Shown here one piece after another: positions 1-10,246 of a DNA stretch of 64,000 bases. Below the pieces are notes generated by a model, which was not told the origin of the DNA, did no database searches, and saw only the letters and a program-made list of their open reading frames with translations. How positions within the stretch are numbered: position 1 is the stretch's first letter; each line of letters starts with the position of its first letter. Origin of the DNA: Waterburya sp. (GTDB taxonomy: Bacteria > Cyanobacteriota > Cyanobacteriia > Cyanobacteriales > Xenococcaceae); NCBI GenBank assembly GCA_965217895.1, contig CBDCJV010000002.1, positions 2,880,001 to 2,944,000 on the forward strand. Direction: 5' to 3'. Made by a program: the position numbers and the translations under genes.

Positions 1-1623
1 CTCAAAGCCAAGCCTTGGCTCACAATTTGCTGGCATCCTGAAGCAGCCAGAATTAATATCGGCGATCCCCCACCCAGGGTTAAGGACACTTTTACCTTTA
101 GCGATCAGCTACGGCATCAGCTTAATGGTTTAGCTTTGATTAATATTAAGGCGATCGCCCCCTGGGAAAGAGTCTTAGATCTCCAGTTTGCTAATCGCCC
201 AGGAGAAGAACCTCTTTGGCATTTATACGTAGAAATTATGGGCAAATACAGCAACGTAATTCTTACCGATGCCGACCAACAAATTATTACTCCTGCTCGT
301 CAAATTAGTGCTGCTCAATCTAGCGTGCGTCCAATTCAAACTGGTCAAGGTTACGAAATGCCCCCAGCCCTGACTGGCACTACGCCCAAGCTAGAAGAAT
401 CTTTTGCACGCTGGCAAGAGAGAGTAAGCTTAATTCCTGGTAAACTTAAAAGTCAATTACTCAAGTCTTATCGTGGTTTAAGCCCCAGAGTTGCTGAGGA
501 AATTGTTATTGCAGCAGGCTTATCACCTCAGCAAAATACAGATACTCTTGAAGCTGAACACTGGCAGGAGTTATTTAGCTATTGGCAAAAATGGCTGATA
601 GTTTTAGATAGGAATCAGTTCGATCCTGGCTGGCTAGCCAATGGTTATACAGTGTTGGGCTGGAATAAAACTGAGTCTGCGGAGCAAGTGCAAACTTTGC
701 TTCATCGCTACTACACCGATGAGGTTAATCAACAGCAGTTTAAGCAACTACATCATCAGCTAAATCAAAAATTAACTAATCTACTTAAAAAGCTAAACGT
801 CAAAGCCAATAAATTCCGTCAACGCTTACAACAGTCTGCCGATGCGGATAGCGATCGCTTTTGTGCAGATTTATTGATGGCGCATCTCCATCAATGTCAG
901 CCAGGCATGAAGTCAATAACTTTAAATGATTTTGAAACAGGCAAGCCAGTTAAAATTAAGCTTAATCCTGAAAAAAACGCGGTGCAGAATGCTCAGGCTC
1001 TCTATAAAAATAGCCAGAAGCTAAAAAGAGCCAAAGGGGCAGTTGTCCCTCTATTAGCAGAAGTTGATAGTGAAATTAATTATTTATCTCAGGTACAAAC
1101 AGCCTTAAATCAGCTACAGGGAGAACAAGTAGTTGGTAGCTCGGAAAATCTCCACGCTCTAGAAGAAATTAAAGAAGAGCTAATTCAACAAAATTATCTT
1201 ACTGTCGAGCGTCAGGGAGATGACAGAAAAGCAGACCGAGATACCCAACCCTATCGCTATACTGCTCCATCTGGATGTGAAATTTGGATTGGACGTAATA
1301 ATCGTCAAAATGATATCTTAACTTTCCGTACTGCCGTAGAATATGATCTTTGGTTTCATACCCAAGAAATACCTGGTAGTCATGTATTGCTGCGTTTAGA
1401 TCCAGGTATAGTTCCCAGTGAGGCAGATCTTCAGTTTACTGCCGATTTGGCAGCTTATTACAGTCAAGCTCGCGAAAGCGAACAAGTCCCGGTAACTTAC
1501 ACTAAACCTAAATATGTCTATAAACCCAAGGGCGCAAAGCCTGGAATGGTAATTTATAAACAAGAAACAGTTATCTGGGGTAAACCTCAAGTAGCCAAAA
1601 AATATCTTTCTCAAAAAACATAA
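1..1623 (+). CDS. NFACT/FbpA (RqcH-like) ribosome quality control protein, 5'-partial
   Basis: Frame 1 is open from base 1 (LKAKPWLTICWHPEAAR...). Motifs EIMGKYSNVIL, GRNNRQND, WFHTQEIPGSHV and KPKGAKPGMVIY are typical of NFACT N and R domains. Confidence 0.9.
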   Translation, partial: LKAKPWLTICWHPEAARINIGDPPPRVKDTFTFSDQLRHQLNGLALINIKAIAPWERVLDLQFANRPGEEPLWHLYVEIMGKYSNVILTDADQQIITPARQISAAQSSVRPIQTGQGYEMPPALTGTTPKLEESFARWQERVSLIPGKLKSQLLKSYRGLSPRVAEEIVIAAGLSPQQNTDTLEAEHWQELFSYWQKWLIVLDRNQFDPGWLANGYTVLGWNKTESAEQVQTLLHRYYTDEVNQQQFKQLHHQLNQKLTNLLKKLNVKANKFRQRLQQSADADSDRFCADLLMAHLHQCQPGMKSITLNDFETGKPVKIKLNPEKNAVQNAQALYKNSQKLKRAKGAVVPLLAEVDSEINYLSQVQTALNQLQGEQVVGSSENLHALEEIKEELIQQNYLTVERQGDDRKADRDTQPYRYTAPSGCEIWIGRNNRQNDILTFRTAVEYDLWFHTQEIPGSHVLLRLDPGIVPSEADLQFTADLAAYYSQARESEQVPVTYTKPKYVYKPKGAKPGMVIYKQETVIWGKPQVAKKYLSQKT

Positions 1624-1680
1624 ATTCTAATTGAAAGATCTAAATCACATCATTTCATAACCTACTAGCGTAAAATTGGT

Positions 1681-1737
1681 GTAACAGACAATACAGTTAT
1701 TATTTTTTTACAAATATAGCGTATCTTCTGTTACAAT
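1681..1737 (+). promoter_or_regulatory. Two NtcA boxes, the second overlapping an extended -10 element
   Basis: GTAacagacaaTAC (1681-1694) and GTAtcttctgtTAC (1721-1734) both match GTA-N8-TAC. TGnTACAAT lies at 1729-1737. Confidence 0.7.
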
Positions 1738-1743
1738 TCTTAG

Positions 1744-1859
1744 TTAAGTCAAAAATTAAAAGTTGCCTCTTTTGAGAACGCGCAACACAAGATTTTTCCA
1801 GACTTAAACAACAACAACATTTTACTTAGCCAGCGATCGCGATCGCTGGTATTTTTTTT
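1744..1859 (+). ncRNA. Candidate small RNA, probably an NsrR1 (nitrogen-stress-repressed RNA) homologue
   Basis: No ORF. Promoter with overlapping NtcA box. 5' hairpin GTTGC...GCAAC. Ends in stem CCAGCGATCGCGATCGCTGG followed by a T-run. The NsrR1 identity is from recollection and not verified. Confidence 0.5.
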
Positions 1860-1952
1860 AGGTAATAATAAAATCAGAGATTACTCCGTCCGTTTAGGGC
1901 GGAGCCTGCTCTAATCGTTGATCAATATCTTTAAGCGGACATTTACCTTCTC

Positions 1953-3113
1953 ATGAGTTACGTAAATCAAGTAAACCAGAATCTTAGAACAACCGAAGAA
2001 GAGGAAGAAGATTTATTTGATTATGCTTATGAGCAGCCAGGCAGTATGCCAGGTACGCTTAATATTGAAGATGATGCTGAGTTACCTGAGATAATTTTAA
2101 TTGACTATAGCAAAGATCGCGTTGAAAGAATTAGCAATCTAACTCCTGAAGCCTGCGCCCAACATCTCGATACAGAATCAGTATCATGGCTTGATGTCAA
2201 GGGTTTTGGTAGCGAAAACATTTTGCAGAGATTAGGCAAGGTATTTGGGTTACATCCTTTGGTATTAGAAGACGTGGTTAATGTTCCCCAAAGACCAAAG
2301 GTTGAAGATTATCCGCAACAGCTAGTAATTATTACTCAAATGGTTATCCCAAAAACTTCAGGAGAGGGTTTTTGGTTAGAACAAGTGAGTTTAATAGTGG
2401 GCAAAAACTATGTACTAACCGTACAGGAAAAACCAGATAAAGACTGTTTTCGACCAGTCAGAAGGCGAATTAAATTTAAAAAAGGAAATATTACCACAAT
2501 GGGGGCAGATTATCTAGCTTATGCTCTTTGGGATGCAATCATAGATGGTTTTTTCCCCGTTTTAGAAATTTATGGCGAAAAGATAGAAGACCTAGAAGAC
2601 GAAGTTCTTTTTAATCCTAGTAACCAAAGCTTGGCTAAAGTATATCAAATAAAAAGAGAACTATTAGCTTTACGTAGGGCAATTTGGCCTCAAAGAAATG
2701 CCTTAAATAAATTGATTAGAGACGGTAGTAGCGTTATAAATCCAGAGATCTTAATCTTTTTGAGAGACTGTTATGACCACGCCGTACAAATTATTGACAT
2801 TATTGAAACATACCGTGAATTAGCCTCTAGTTTGACAGATATTTATCTGTCTGCTATTAGCAATAAAATGAATGAAGTTATGAAACTATTAACGGTAATA
2901 TCCAGTATTTTCATTCCTCTAACTTTTATCGTCGGTATCTATGGCATGAACTTTAATCCTGATAAGTCTCCCTGGAATATGCCAGAGTTAGACTGGTATT
3001 GGGGCTATCCTCTTTGTTGGTTATTGATGTTGGCTACGGCGGCTTCTTTGATTTATTTCTTTTGGCAGCGAGGTTGGTTTGAAAACTTTTCCAAGATACC
3101 CAAACAAAAATGA
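1953..3113 (+). CDS. corA: Magnesium/cobalt transporter CorA
   Basis: YGMNF signature between two C-terminal TM helices; MPEL loop; QRPKVE motif. Confidence 0.95.
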   Translation: MSYVNQVNQNLRTTEEEEEDLFDYAYEQPGSMPGTLNIEDDAELPEIILIDYSKDRVERISNLTPEACAQHLDTESVSWLDVKGFGSENILQRLGKVFGLHPLVLEDVVNVPQRPKVEDYPQQLVIITQMVIPKTSGEGFWLEQVSLIVGKNYVLTVQEKPDKDCFRPVRRRIKFKKGNITTMGADYLAYALWDAIIDGFFPVLEIYGEKIEDLEDEVLFNPSNQSLAKVYQIKRELLALRRAIWPQRNALNKLIRDGSSVINPEILIFLRDCYDHAVQIIDIIETYRELASSLTDIYLSAISNKMNEVMKLLTVISSIFIPLTFIVGIYGMNFNPDKSPWNMPELDWYWGYPLCWLLMLATAASLIYFFWQRGWFENFSKIPKQK

Positions 3114-3285
3114 AATTAGTGGCTCAAAGAAACAAATTTCTTGATGATGTGATTGTGATCTAGATTGGGAAAACTGAAAGATATAGTCAACTGCTTAAAT
3201 GTATCTCTGCCAAACTAAACTTATCTTGAGCGGAAAATATTAAACGTCTCTAAAAGTTTAAGACTGATAATAAATAACCTAATAT

Positions 3286-5052
3286 ATGTTTCAAACCAAG
3301 TCTCAAGAGCCAATCAATCGTAGTGTAGGCAATCAACTGCAAACAATTCCTCTTGCTATGGTCATTAGTTTGATTCTTTTTGGAGGAATTGGTTGGCGTT
3401 TGAGTTATTTACAAATACAGCGGGGAGATTTAAACCAATTAAAAGCCGATCAAAATCGAACTCGTATTGTTCCCAAACCACCAGTTAGAGGAAGCATTCT
3501 AGATCGCCGAGGAAAAGTTTTAGCCACTAATCGTTCATCTTATTCTGCTTATTTGTGGCCCAAGGCATACAAACAAAAAAACTGGGTAGCAAACCGCAAT
3601 ATTATTGCTGCAATCTTAAACATTGATGCCCAAAATTTACAAAAAAGAGTAGAAGACGCAGGATATAACTATCCGAGTTTAATTCCCATTGCTAGTCATC
3701 TAACTCCAGCGCAAATTACGGCACTAGAAGAATACCATTCTCAGTTTCAGTGGGTGGAAATAGATATTGGCAAAGTAAGATATTACCCCCAAGGAAAATT
3801 TGCTGCTCATATCCTCGGCTATACAGGAGAATTAGACCAAGAGCAATTAGAACAAAGAAAATCCAAAGGTTATCGTCTTGGGGATGTAATCGGCAAAATG
3901 GGCGTAGAGTCTGCCTATGAATCTGAACTTAGGGGTAAATGGGGTGGATTAAAGCTAGAAGTTGATGGTGCAGGACGCATTATTCGATATTTGGGTGAAA
4001 ATCCCGCCAAATCAGGCAAAGATCTTAAATTAACTATTGATGCTGATGTGCAGAAAGCTGCCGAAGCTGCTTTAGGAACAAGAAAAGGCGCAATTGTTGC
4101 TTTAGATCCTAATAATGGCGCAGTGTTGGCGATGGCGAGTTATCCTAGCTTCGATCCTAATATTTTTTCTACTTCGGTGACGAACGATACCTGGAAGGAA
4201 TTACAGGCGCAGGGTAATCCTTTCCTCAACATGGCTTTACGGGCTTTTCCTCCTGCTTCTACATTTAAAATAGTTACCGATACAGCAGGAATGCAATCGG
4301 GAAAGTATCCTCCCAATACTATTTTAGGTACATATCCCTATTTATCTGTCGGGGGGACAAGATTTGGAGAATGGAATAAAAGAGGATTTGGTCCATTAGG
4401 ATATGTATCTGCCTTGGCTTGGAGTAGTAATACTTTTCATGGTCAAATTGGACAGGGAGTTGGTGGCGAAGAGTTAATCAAATGGGCAAGAGCCTATGGT
4501 TTAGGAAAACTTACAGGCATCGAACTACAAGGAGAAACGGCGGGACTGATTGCCGATGATGCCTGGAAACGCCGTAATTTTGACAATTGGGGCTGGACTG
4601 TGGGCGATACGGTAAATATGTCGATTGGTCAAGGATTTACCACCGCTACGCCTTTACAAATAGCCGTTATGTTTAGTGCGATCGCTAATAATGGATATCG
4701 AGTCAAGCCTCATTTACGAGAAACAGATAATCAGACTAAACAAGCCCAAAGAGTAAATCTAAACCTCAAACCCACTACCTTATCTACTATTCAACAAGGA
4801 CTTAGAGCCGTAGTCAACGGAGGAACAGGCTCAAGATTAAACTCCCCTGATATTCCTCCAGGAGCAGGAAAAAGTGGTACAGCCGAAGCCCCTCCAGGGA
4901 AAGCCCACGCTTGGTTTGGAGCTTACGCCCCTTTTGATAAACCAGAAATTGTGGTGGTGGCTTTTGCTGAACATTCTGGTGGTGGCGGTGGTTCGGTGGC
5001 TGCACCCTTAGTAAGACAGGTAATGGAAGCTTATTTTAAACTTAAAAAGTAG
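3286..5052 (+). CDS. mrdA: Penicillin-binding protein 2
   Basis: N-terminal TM, RGSILDR dimerisation motif, STFK, SSN and KSGT transpeptidase motifs. Confidence 0.92.
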   Translation: MFQTKSQEPINRSVGNQLQTIPLAMVISLILFGGIGWRLSYLQIQRGDLNQLKADQNRTRIVPKPPVRGSILDRRGKVLATNRSSYSAYLWPKAYKQKNWVANRNIIAAILNIDAQNLQKRVEDAGYNYPSLIPIASHLTPAQITALEEYHSQFQWVEIDIGKVRYYPQGKFAAHILGYTGELDQEQLEQRKSKGYRLGDVIGKMGVESAYESELRGKWGGLKLEVDGAGRIIRYLGENPAKSGKDLKLTIDADVQKAAEAALGTRKGAIVALDPNNGAVLAMASYPSFDPNIFSTSVTNDTWKELQAQGNPFLNMALRAFPPASTFKIVTDTAGMQSGKYPPNTILGTYPYLSVGGTRFGEWNKRGFGPLGYVSALAWSSNTFHGQIGQGVGGEELIKWARAYGLGKLTGIELQGETAGLIADDAWKRRNFDNWGWTVGDTVNMSIGQGFTTATPLQIAVMFSAIANNGYRVKPHLRETDNQTKQAQRVNLNLKPTTLSTIQQGLRAVVNGGTGSRLNSPDIPPGAGKSGTAEAPPGKAHAWFGAYAPFDKPEIVVVAFAEHSGGGGGSVAAPLVRQVMEAYFKLKK

Positions 5053-5100
5053 TATTCTTTTCTGCCACTCTTTGAGTATTAAAGTCAAAATCGACAGGAT

Positions 5101-6459
5101 TTACTCTTTTCCATGATAAGAAACCACCTCGTCTACTACTTTGTTTAAACCCACTGAGTTTGAGGCTTTACACAAAATACGATCGCCCGAGCGCATTACT
5201 TCTTTTAATTTACCTGTTAAGCTGGCGCGATCGCTAAAGCATTCTGTGGTTATTTTCCTCGCTCCCTTAGCAATCTCTTTAGTTGCAGCTTCTTCAGCTA
5301 ATACCAGCAGTAGATCTAAGTCTAATTCCTGCGCCTTTTCCCCTACCTGACGGTGTAGCTGAGGGGAATGTTCTCCTAATTCTTTCATTGTGCCTAAAAC
5401 GGCAATATGACGCTTGCCTGGGGTTTCTTTGAGCATCTTTAGTGCAGCCAGCATGGACTCTAAACCCGCGTTATAGGTTTCATCGAGAACAACTAGATCA
5501 TTAGCTAAATCATAGCGACGCGATCGCCCTTGGGGTAATTCTACTTTTAACCCTGCTATTAAAGGTGTCAGATCGATGTTTAAAACTTGAGCAACAGCGA
5601 TCGCCGCCAGATAGTTACTGGCGTTATGCTCTCCTGGTAAGGGTAAGGGTAGATTTTTACCTAAGACATTTAAAGTATTGCCATTAATTATTTCCCCAGC
5701 AATATCTCCTGTCGTAAAACCATAGGTAATAGTTTTCCCTTGCCATATTGCAGCAGTCTTCATCAGTAAAGAATTGTCATGATTTAAAATAGCGACACTA
5801 GAATCAGGCATTTGTGCCAAGAGTTCACATTTTGCGCTGGCAATCGCTTCTCTTGAGCCTAATCTGCCAATATGAGCCGTTCCCACATTAGTTATGATGC
5901 CGATAGTCGGACGGGCAATATCTGTTAATAAAGCGATTTCTCCTTTTGCTCGCATTGCCATTTCAATTACGGCATAGCTATGTTCGGAGGTAATTTGTAA
6001 CAGGGTTTTAGGTACGCCAATTTCGTTATTGAAGTTTGCCTCGGTTTTTAATACTTTTCCCTGGGTGCTTAAAACGGCACTAACTAATTCTTTCGTACTA
6101 GTTTTACCGACTGAACCCGTGATGCCAATTACGGGAATATCAAAGCGATCGCGCCACCACTGAGCTATTTGCTGATAGGCTTTGAGGGTGTCTTGAACAA
6201 CAAATTTCGGGATGTCTGAGGAGATTTTTTGAGATTGAGAAACAACTACGGCGATCGCGCCTTTAGCTAATGCTGACTCGACAAAGTTATGACCATCGAA
6301 ATTTTCTCCTACCAAGGCAATAAATATTTCTCCAGGTTGGATATTTCTACTGTCTGTAGTAATACCAATTACAGAATCATCTGTAACCTCAGAAGTAAGA
6401 GCGATTAAATTTGTCTTGAGAATTGTACGGAGTTGCGACAAAGAAAAATAGATGCTCAT
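5101..6459 (-). CDS. murF: UDP-MurNAc-tripeptide--D-Ala-D-Ala ligase
   Basis: TDSR, GENFDGH, ITGSVGKTSTKE, NFNNEIGVP and DETYNA motifs. Confidence 0.95.
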   Translation of the reverse strand: MSIYFSLSQLRTILKTNLIALTSEVTDDSVIGITTDSRNIQPGEIFIALVGENFDGHNFVESALAKGAIAVVVSQSQKISSDIPKFVVQDTLKAYQQIAQWWRDRFDIPVIGITGSVGKTSTKELVSAVLSTQGKVLKTEANFNNEIGVPKTLLQITSEHSYAVIEMAMRAKGEIALLTDIARPTIGIITNVGTAHIGRLGSREAIASAKCELLAQMPDSSVAILNHDNSLLMKTAAIWQGKTITYGFTTGDIAGEIINGNTLNVLGKNLPLPLPGEHNASNYLAAIAVAQVLNIDLTPLIAGLKVELPQGRSRRYDLANDLVVLDETYNAGLESMLAALKMLKETPGKRHIAVLGTMKELGEHSPQLHRQVGEKAQELDLDLLLVLAEEAATKEIAKGARKITTECFSDRASLTGKLKEVMRSGDRILCKASNSVGLNKVVDEVVSYHGKE

Positions 6460-6681
6460 GGTCTTATCTATAGAGAAAAATACCTAAATATGCTTTTGAG
6501 CAACTTCAGTAGCTCAATGTTTTGAGTGTATATACTAACAACTATCAAGTAAAATCTTGATGTAATTTTTACAGCATTAATTAACATAAGCCTTTAATAT
6601 TTAGGAATAAATTAAATTTTTACAGTTAATTTTTATAAGTATTTTTAAATAAAAGCTCCTTAAAAGGGAGGATAATCAACT

Positions 6682-7995
6682 GTGGTTCAAAATAAGCTTC
6701 AATGTATTGCCCATTCAAGTAAACAAGAGCAGGAAGAAATTTACGATCACTTACTATTTTGTGTCAAGACAGAATCTCCAGTTAAGATATTAGAGAGATT
6801 TAGTCACTTGTTTATCAAAGGTACTGGTTACGAAGATAATCGTATCCGTAATACTTTGGCAAAGATTGTTGATGCCAAAGATGCAGAATTAAACTTTCCG
6901 CAATTTTTTAATCGCTGTTGCCATATCATAGTCAACCGTTGGCAAATGCAGCCAAATCTAAAAATTGAAATTGTAGAATTGGTATATCTGTTGGAAAGAG
7001 CTTTACCTCCTGGCGGTGCGGTTTCTCGCTCGGCGCGCAAACAAAGACAGCTAATCAAAAACTTCCTAGAAACTGAATATTATTTGCGATTACAGCGTCT
7101 TGCTCGTTTAATTGACGGTAGCTTAGAGCCTGAGAATCGTCGTCCTCGTCGTATCGAGGTTATCAGCAATTCTGTAGGCGATCTAATTCAGCGTTATCCT
7201 TACTTACATCAACACTGCTTATTGACTGAAGCCAGCACCGAAGAATTTCAACAAACCGTAAACAGCATTCAGCTAGGAATCCAATCAAGCTATGAATTAA
7301 ATTTGTCTCAATATATAACTAATCGGGTGCGTCTGGCTCAAGTGGTTAGAAAGTATAAAACTGAAAATAAAACCAGAATTCCCAAAAGATTGGTGCAAAA
7401 GATTGAAAATCCGACTCTGTTGAGCGATCGCGAATTGGATCGAGCTTTGAGGCAATATATGGGTAAAATAGAGCAAAATTGGAGTTATTACGATCTATCA
7501 CAAAACTTTCTCACTCATACTAGTCAGATCAAGACATATAAGGTATTTAAGGCTGAATTGTACGATTATGTTATGGCGGGGGTTGATACAAAATACGGCA
7601 GACAGCGATTCAGTGACAGACTAAGTGATTGTTTACAAAATACTTTAGTAGACTTTAATGATCGTGAGCTGGACGAATTTATAACTATGCGGACTTACTG
7701 CCAATTATTCAAATTCTTGGTAGTTGATAGCAAAGGCAATTTGGATCATCAACGTTATTTAGAGTTAATTGCCTATTTAGGAGAAGTTAAAACCATTGGT
7801 TTGTTATTAAAGTTGGTCTTGCTATGTAGTAAAGTTAAACCTTATTTAGAACAAAGATTTTCAATTCTTTTTTCCCATTATGAAACAGTAGCCGAAGAGC
7901 AGGCTGCATGGCTGGTTAAATCCCTAGAAAATTTGCAGGTAGCCTTTAGCGTTCATTTCGGTCAAGCAGATTTTTCTCTAATTCAGATTATCTAA
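6682..7995 (+). CDS. Cyanobacterial hypothetical protein (paralogue A)
   Basis: 437-aa ORF with GGAGG RBS upstream; similar to the next ORF along its length. Confidence 0.85.
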   Translation: MVQNKLQCIAHSSKQEQEEIYDHLLFCVKTESPVKILERFSHLFIKGTGYEDNRIRNTLAKIVDAKDAELNFPQFFNRCCHIIVNRWQMQPNLKIEIVELVYLLERALPPGGAVSRSARKQRQLIKNFLETEYYLRLQRLARLIDGSLEPENRRPRRIEVISNSVGDLIQRYPYLHQHCLLTEASTEEFQQTVNSIQLGIQSSYELNLSQYITNRVRLAQVVRKYKTENKTRIPKRLVQKIENPTLLSDRELDRALRQYMGKIEQNWSYYDLSQNFLTHTSQIKTYKVFKAELYDYVMAGVDTKYGRQRFSDRLSDCLQNTLVDFNDRELDEFITMRTYCQLFKFLVVDSKGNLDHQRYLELIAYLGEVKTIGLLLKLVLLCSKVKPYLEQRFSILFSHYETVAEEQAAWLVKSLENLQVAFSVHFGQADFSLIQII

Positions 7996-8036
7996 GGTTA
8001 AGATGTGGCAGGAGTTTATATATTTCTTTTCTATCT

Positions 8037-9374
8037 GTGATTAAAAATATAAATAATTCGGCTCAACCAGTTAATCAGGCAAGCAATATTGTCTATGAAT
8101 ACTTATTGCAGTGTGTGATCGCAAAATCGCCCCCTGAAGTAATTCAAGAATTTAAAAACTTATTAATTCAAGGAAGAAATGTCGATCAACTAGCATCTAA
8201 GGCTTTAGAGAAGGTTATTTTTTTTGCTGGAGGACAACAGCAGTTTGACAACATTTTAAGCTATTGTTTTTATCTTATTTTAGATAATTGGTCAGACACT
8301 CCAGAATCATTATCTTATTTGCCTCAATTATGGTCAATTCTCGATCTGGTTAATCAAACCAAATCCTACGATCGCCGTCGTCAACAGCTAATTAAATTAA
8401 TTAAAGATTATCAGCATTCATCAGCATATTTCCACTTGAAAGCTATCATGGCAATTATCGATCCTCAAGCAGTCAATAATATTGTTTCGGCAAATGCTGC
8501 TATTACTAATGGGGAATCTAACAATAGTAATTCAATTAATACTAGTATTATCAATACTTATTTGCCTCGTTATACCTATTTATATAACTATTTTTTACCT
8601 CAAGAACTTGAGCTTAATCACCTGAGAAAATACATTCAAACTTTACAGGAAAATCGCCAAAAAAACTTTGAAATTCAGCTTTCAAAACATATTATCTATC
8701 GCTTTCGGCTCAAACAGGTTGCCAAAATGAAGCTGTTGTCCAAAGGAGCGGGCAAAATTATCACTAAAGCCAACAACCCAAGCCTACTGTCAGAACGTGC
8801 TTTTAGAATTGCTTTGCAACAGTATTTAGGACAGGTAGATCATGGCGGCACAATTTTACAGCGATCGCAACGCTTTGTGATTGACAATAGTTCGCGCAGT
8901 TCTTTTCAGGTCTTTAAACAAGATTTACATCGCTTTTTAACTAATAATATCAAACCACGAAATAGTAACTATGACTTTTCTCAAAAGCTTAAGCAAAAAC
9001 TAGATGATGCTTTTTTCCAATCTGATCGCAAACCACTAAACGATACTTTGATTCTGCAAACTTGCCGTCAGCTATATAGCTTTTTAATTACCGATACTCA
9101 TTCAGCAGCAGATTCAAATAAGTTGACTAATCTAATTATTAATTTAGGCACTGCTCAGGTGATGATAATTTTAATTAAGATAGTCTTAATCTGTCCCGAA
9201 TCAAAATCTAACTTAGAAAAAAAAATTGCCTTAATTACAAGCTATTATCAGTTAAATGCTATTCAAGAAATCCCTTGGTTATTTAAAACTTTAGAACATT
9301 TGCTCATGGCTTTTAGCATTTATTTTGGCAATATTGATGTTTCAATTGCCAAGTCAGTAGTTAAGGTAAAGTGA
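8037..9374 (+). CDS. Cyanobacterial hypothetical protein (paralogue B)
   Basis: 445-aa ORF. Shares NP(T/S)LLS(D/E)R, AL.QY.G and WL.K.LE.L..AFS..FG..D.S with the upstream ORF. Confidence 0.85.
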   Translation: MIKNINNSAQPVNQASNIVYEYLLQCVIAKSPPEVIQEFKNLLIQGRNVDQLASKALEKVIFFAGGQQQFDNILSYCFYLILDNWSDTPESLSYLPQLWSILDLVNQTKSYDRRRQQLIKLIKDYQHSSAYFHLKAIMAIIDPQAVNNIVSANAAITNGESNNSNSINTSIINTYLPRYTYLYNYFLPQELELNHLRKYIQTLQENRQKNFEIQLSKHIIYRFRLKQVAKMKLLSKGAGKIITKANNPSLLSERAFRIALQQYLGQVDHGGTILQRSQRFVIDNSSRSSFQVFKQDLHRFLTNNIKPRNSNYDFSQKLKQKLDDAFFQSDRKPLNDTLILQTCRQLYSFLITDTHSAADSNKLTNLIINLGTAQVMIILIKIVLICPESKSNLEKKIALITSYYQLNAIQEIPWLFKTLEHLLMAFSIYFGNIDVSIAKSVVKVK

Positions 9375-9427
9375 CTAACTTAGCTTTAGTTCTCCTGTCA
9401 AAATCTTTTTGATTCCACTCGCTAGAA

Positions 9428-9447
9428 AGCATGGCGATCGCCATGCT
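9428..9447. terminator. HIP1-centred palindrome between convergent genes
   Basis: AGCATGGCGATCGCCATGCT is a perfect palindrome. Confidence 0.5.
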
Positions 9448-9461
9448 ATTAAATTCAAAGA

Positions 9462-10094
9462 TTACTGATAGAGTTCTGTTTCTTTTACGCCTAGTTCATT
9501 AGCTAAAGTACTTTGTAAGTCTGCTGGTATCAAGACTCGATTTACAGCGTGAATGACTCCATTGCTTGCTTCGATATCTGGAGTAACAACGCTAGCATTA
9601 TTGACAATAACACCCTGGTCGGTAACTTCTGTGGTTAAACCACCGTCAAGGGATTCGACCTCACCACCAGAAATATCGGTGGATGCTATTGCTTCGGGTA
9701 TGACGTGGTAAGAAAGTACACGTTGTAATACTTCTTTATTTTCTGGCTGTAGTAGATACTCCAATGTACCTTTAGGTAAATGGCTAAACGCTTCATTTGT
9801 AGGTGCAAATACTGTATATGAGGAGCTAGAATCAGATAGGGTATCTGCTAATCCTGCTGCTTCTATCGCTTGGGCTAAGGTACTAAATGTTTCATTTCCC
9901 GATGCTACCTCAACAACATTACCAGCTTTGGCATTGGCTTTGTCCATTGACATTTCTTCTTTTTCCATCGAAGATTCCTTCATGCCTTCATAATTACCAG
10001 CTAATGCGGGAGATACAGATAAAGTTCCTAGGCTTAGAATTCCTGTCAATATTAATGACTGTTTGGCAGTTTTGGTAAGAAAGTTGAATTTCAT
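9462..10094 (-). CDS. Secreted fasciclin (FAS1) domain protein
   Basis: Signal peptide; YTVFAPTNEAF, LSYHV and ASNGVIHAVNRVL motifs. Confidence 0.92.
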   Translation of the reverse strand: MKFNFLTKTAKQSLILTGILSLGTLSVSPALAGNYEGMKESSMEKEEMSMDKANAKAGNVVEVASGNETFSTLAQAIEAAGLADTLSDSSSSYTVFAPTNEAFSHLPKGTLEYLLQPENKEVLQRVLSYHVIPEAIASTDISGGEVESLDGGLTTEVTDQGVIVNNASVVTPDIEASNGVIHAVNRVLIPADLQSTLANELGVKETELYQ

Positions 10095-10246
10095 AAATAT
10101 GTTGAAAGTTATTAAGTTACATTTATACCTTAGTAGTTATTACTTAGTAACTTTTATTACTTAAGATAGAGATTTTGCTCTGTAATATTATGTAATTCTT
10201 GATGATTAATATTGGTAGCTATTGCATATTTGCTACACATAATCTT

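Noticed and set aside
1884..1904. Hairpin CTCCGTCC-GTTTA-GGGCGGAG resembling IS200/IS605 ends
   Set aside because: Isolated; no tnpA/tnpB or second end nearby.
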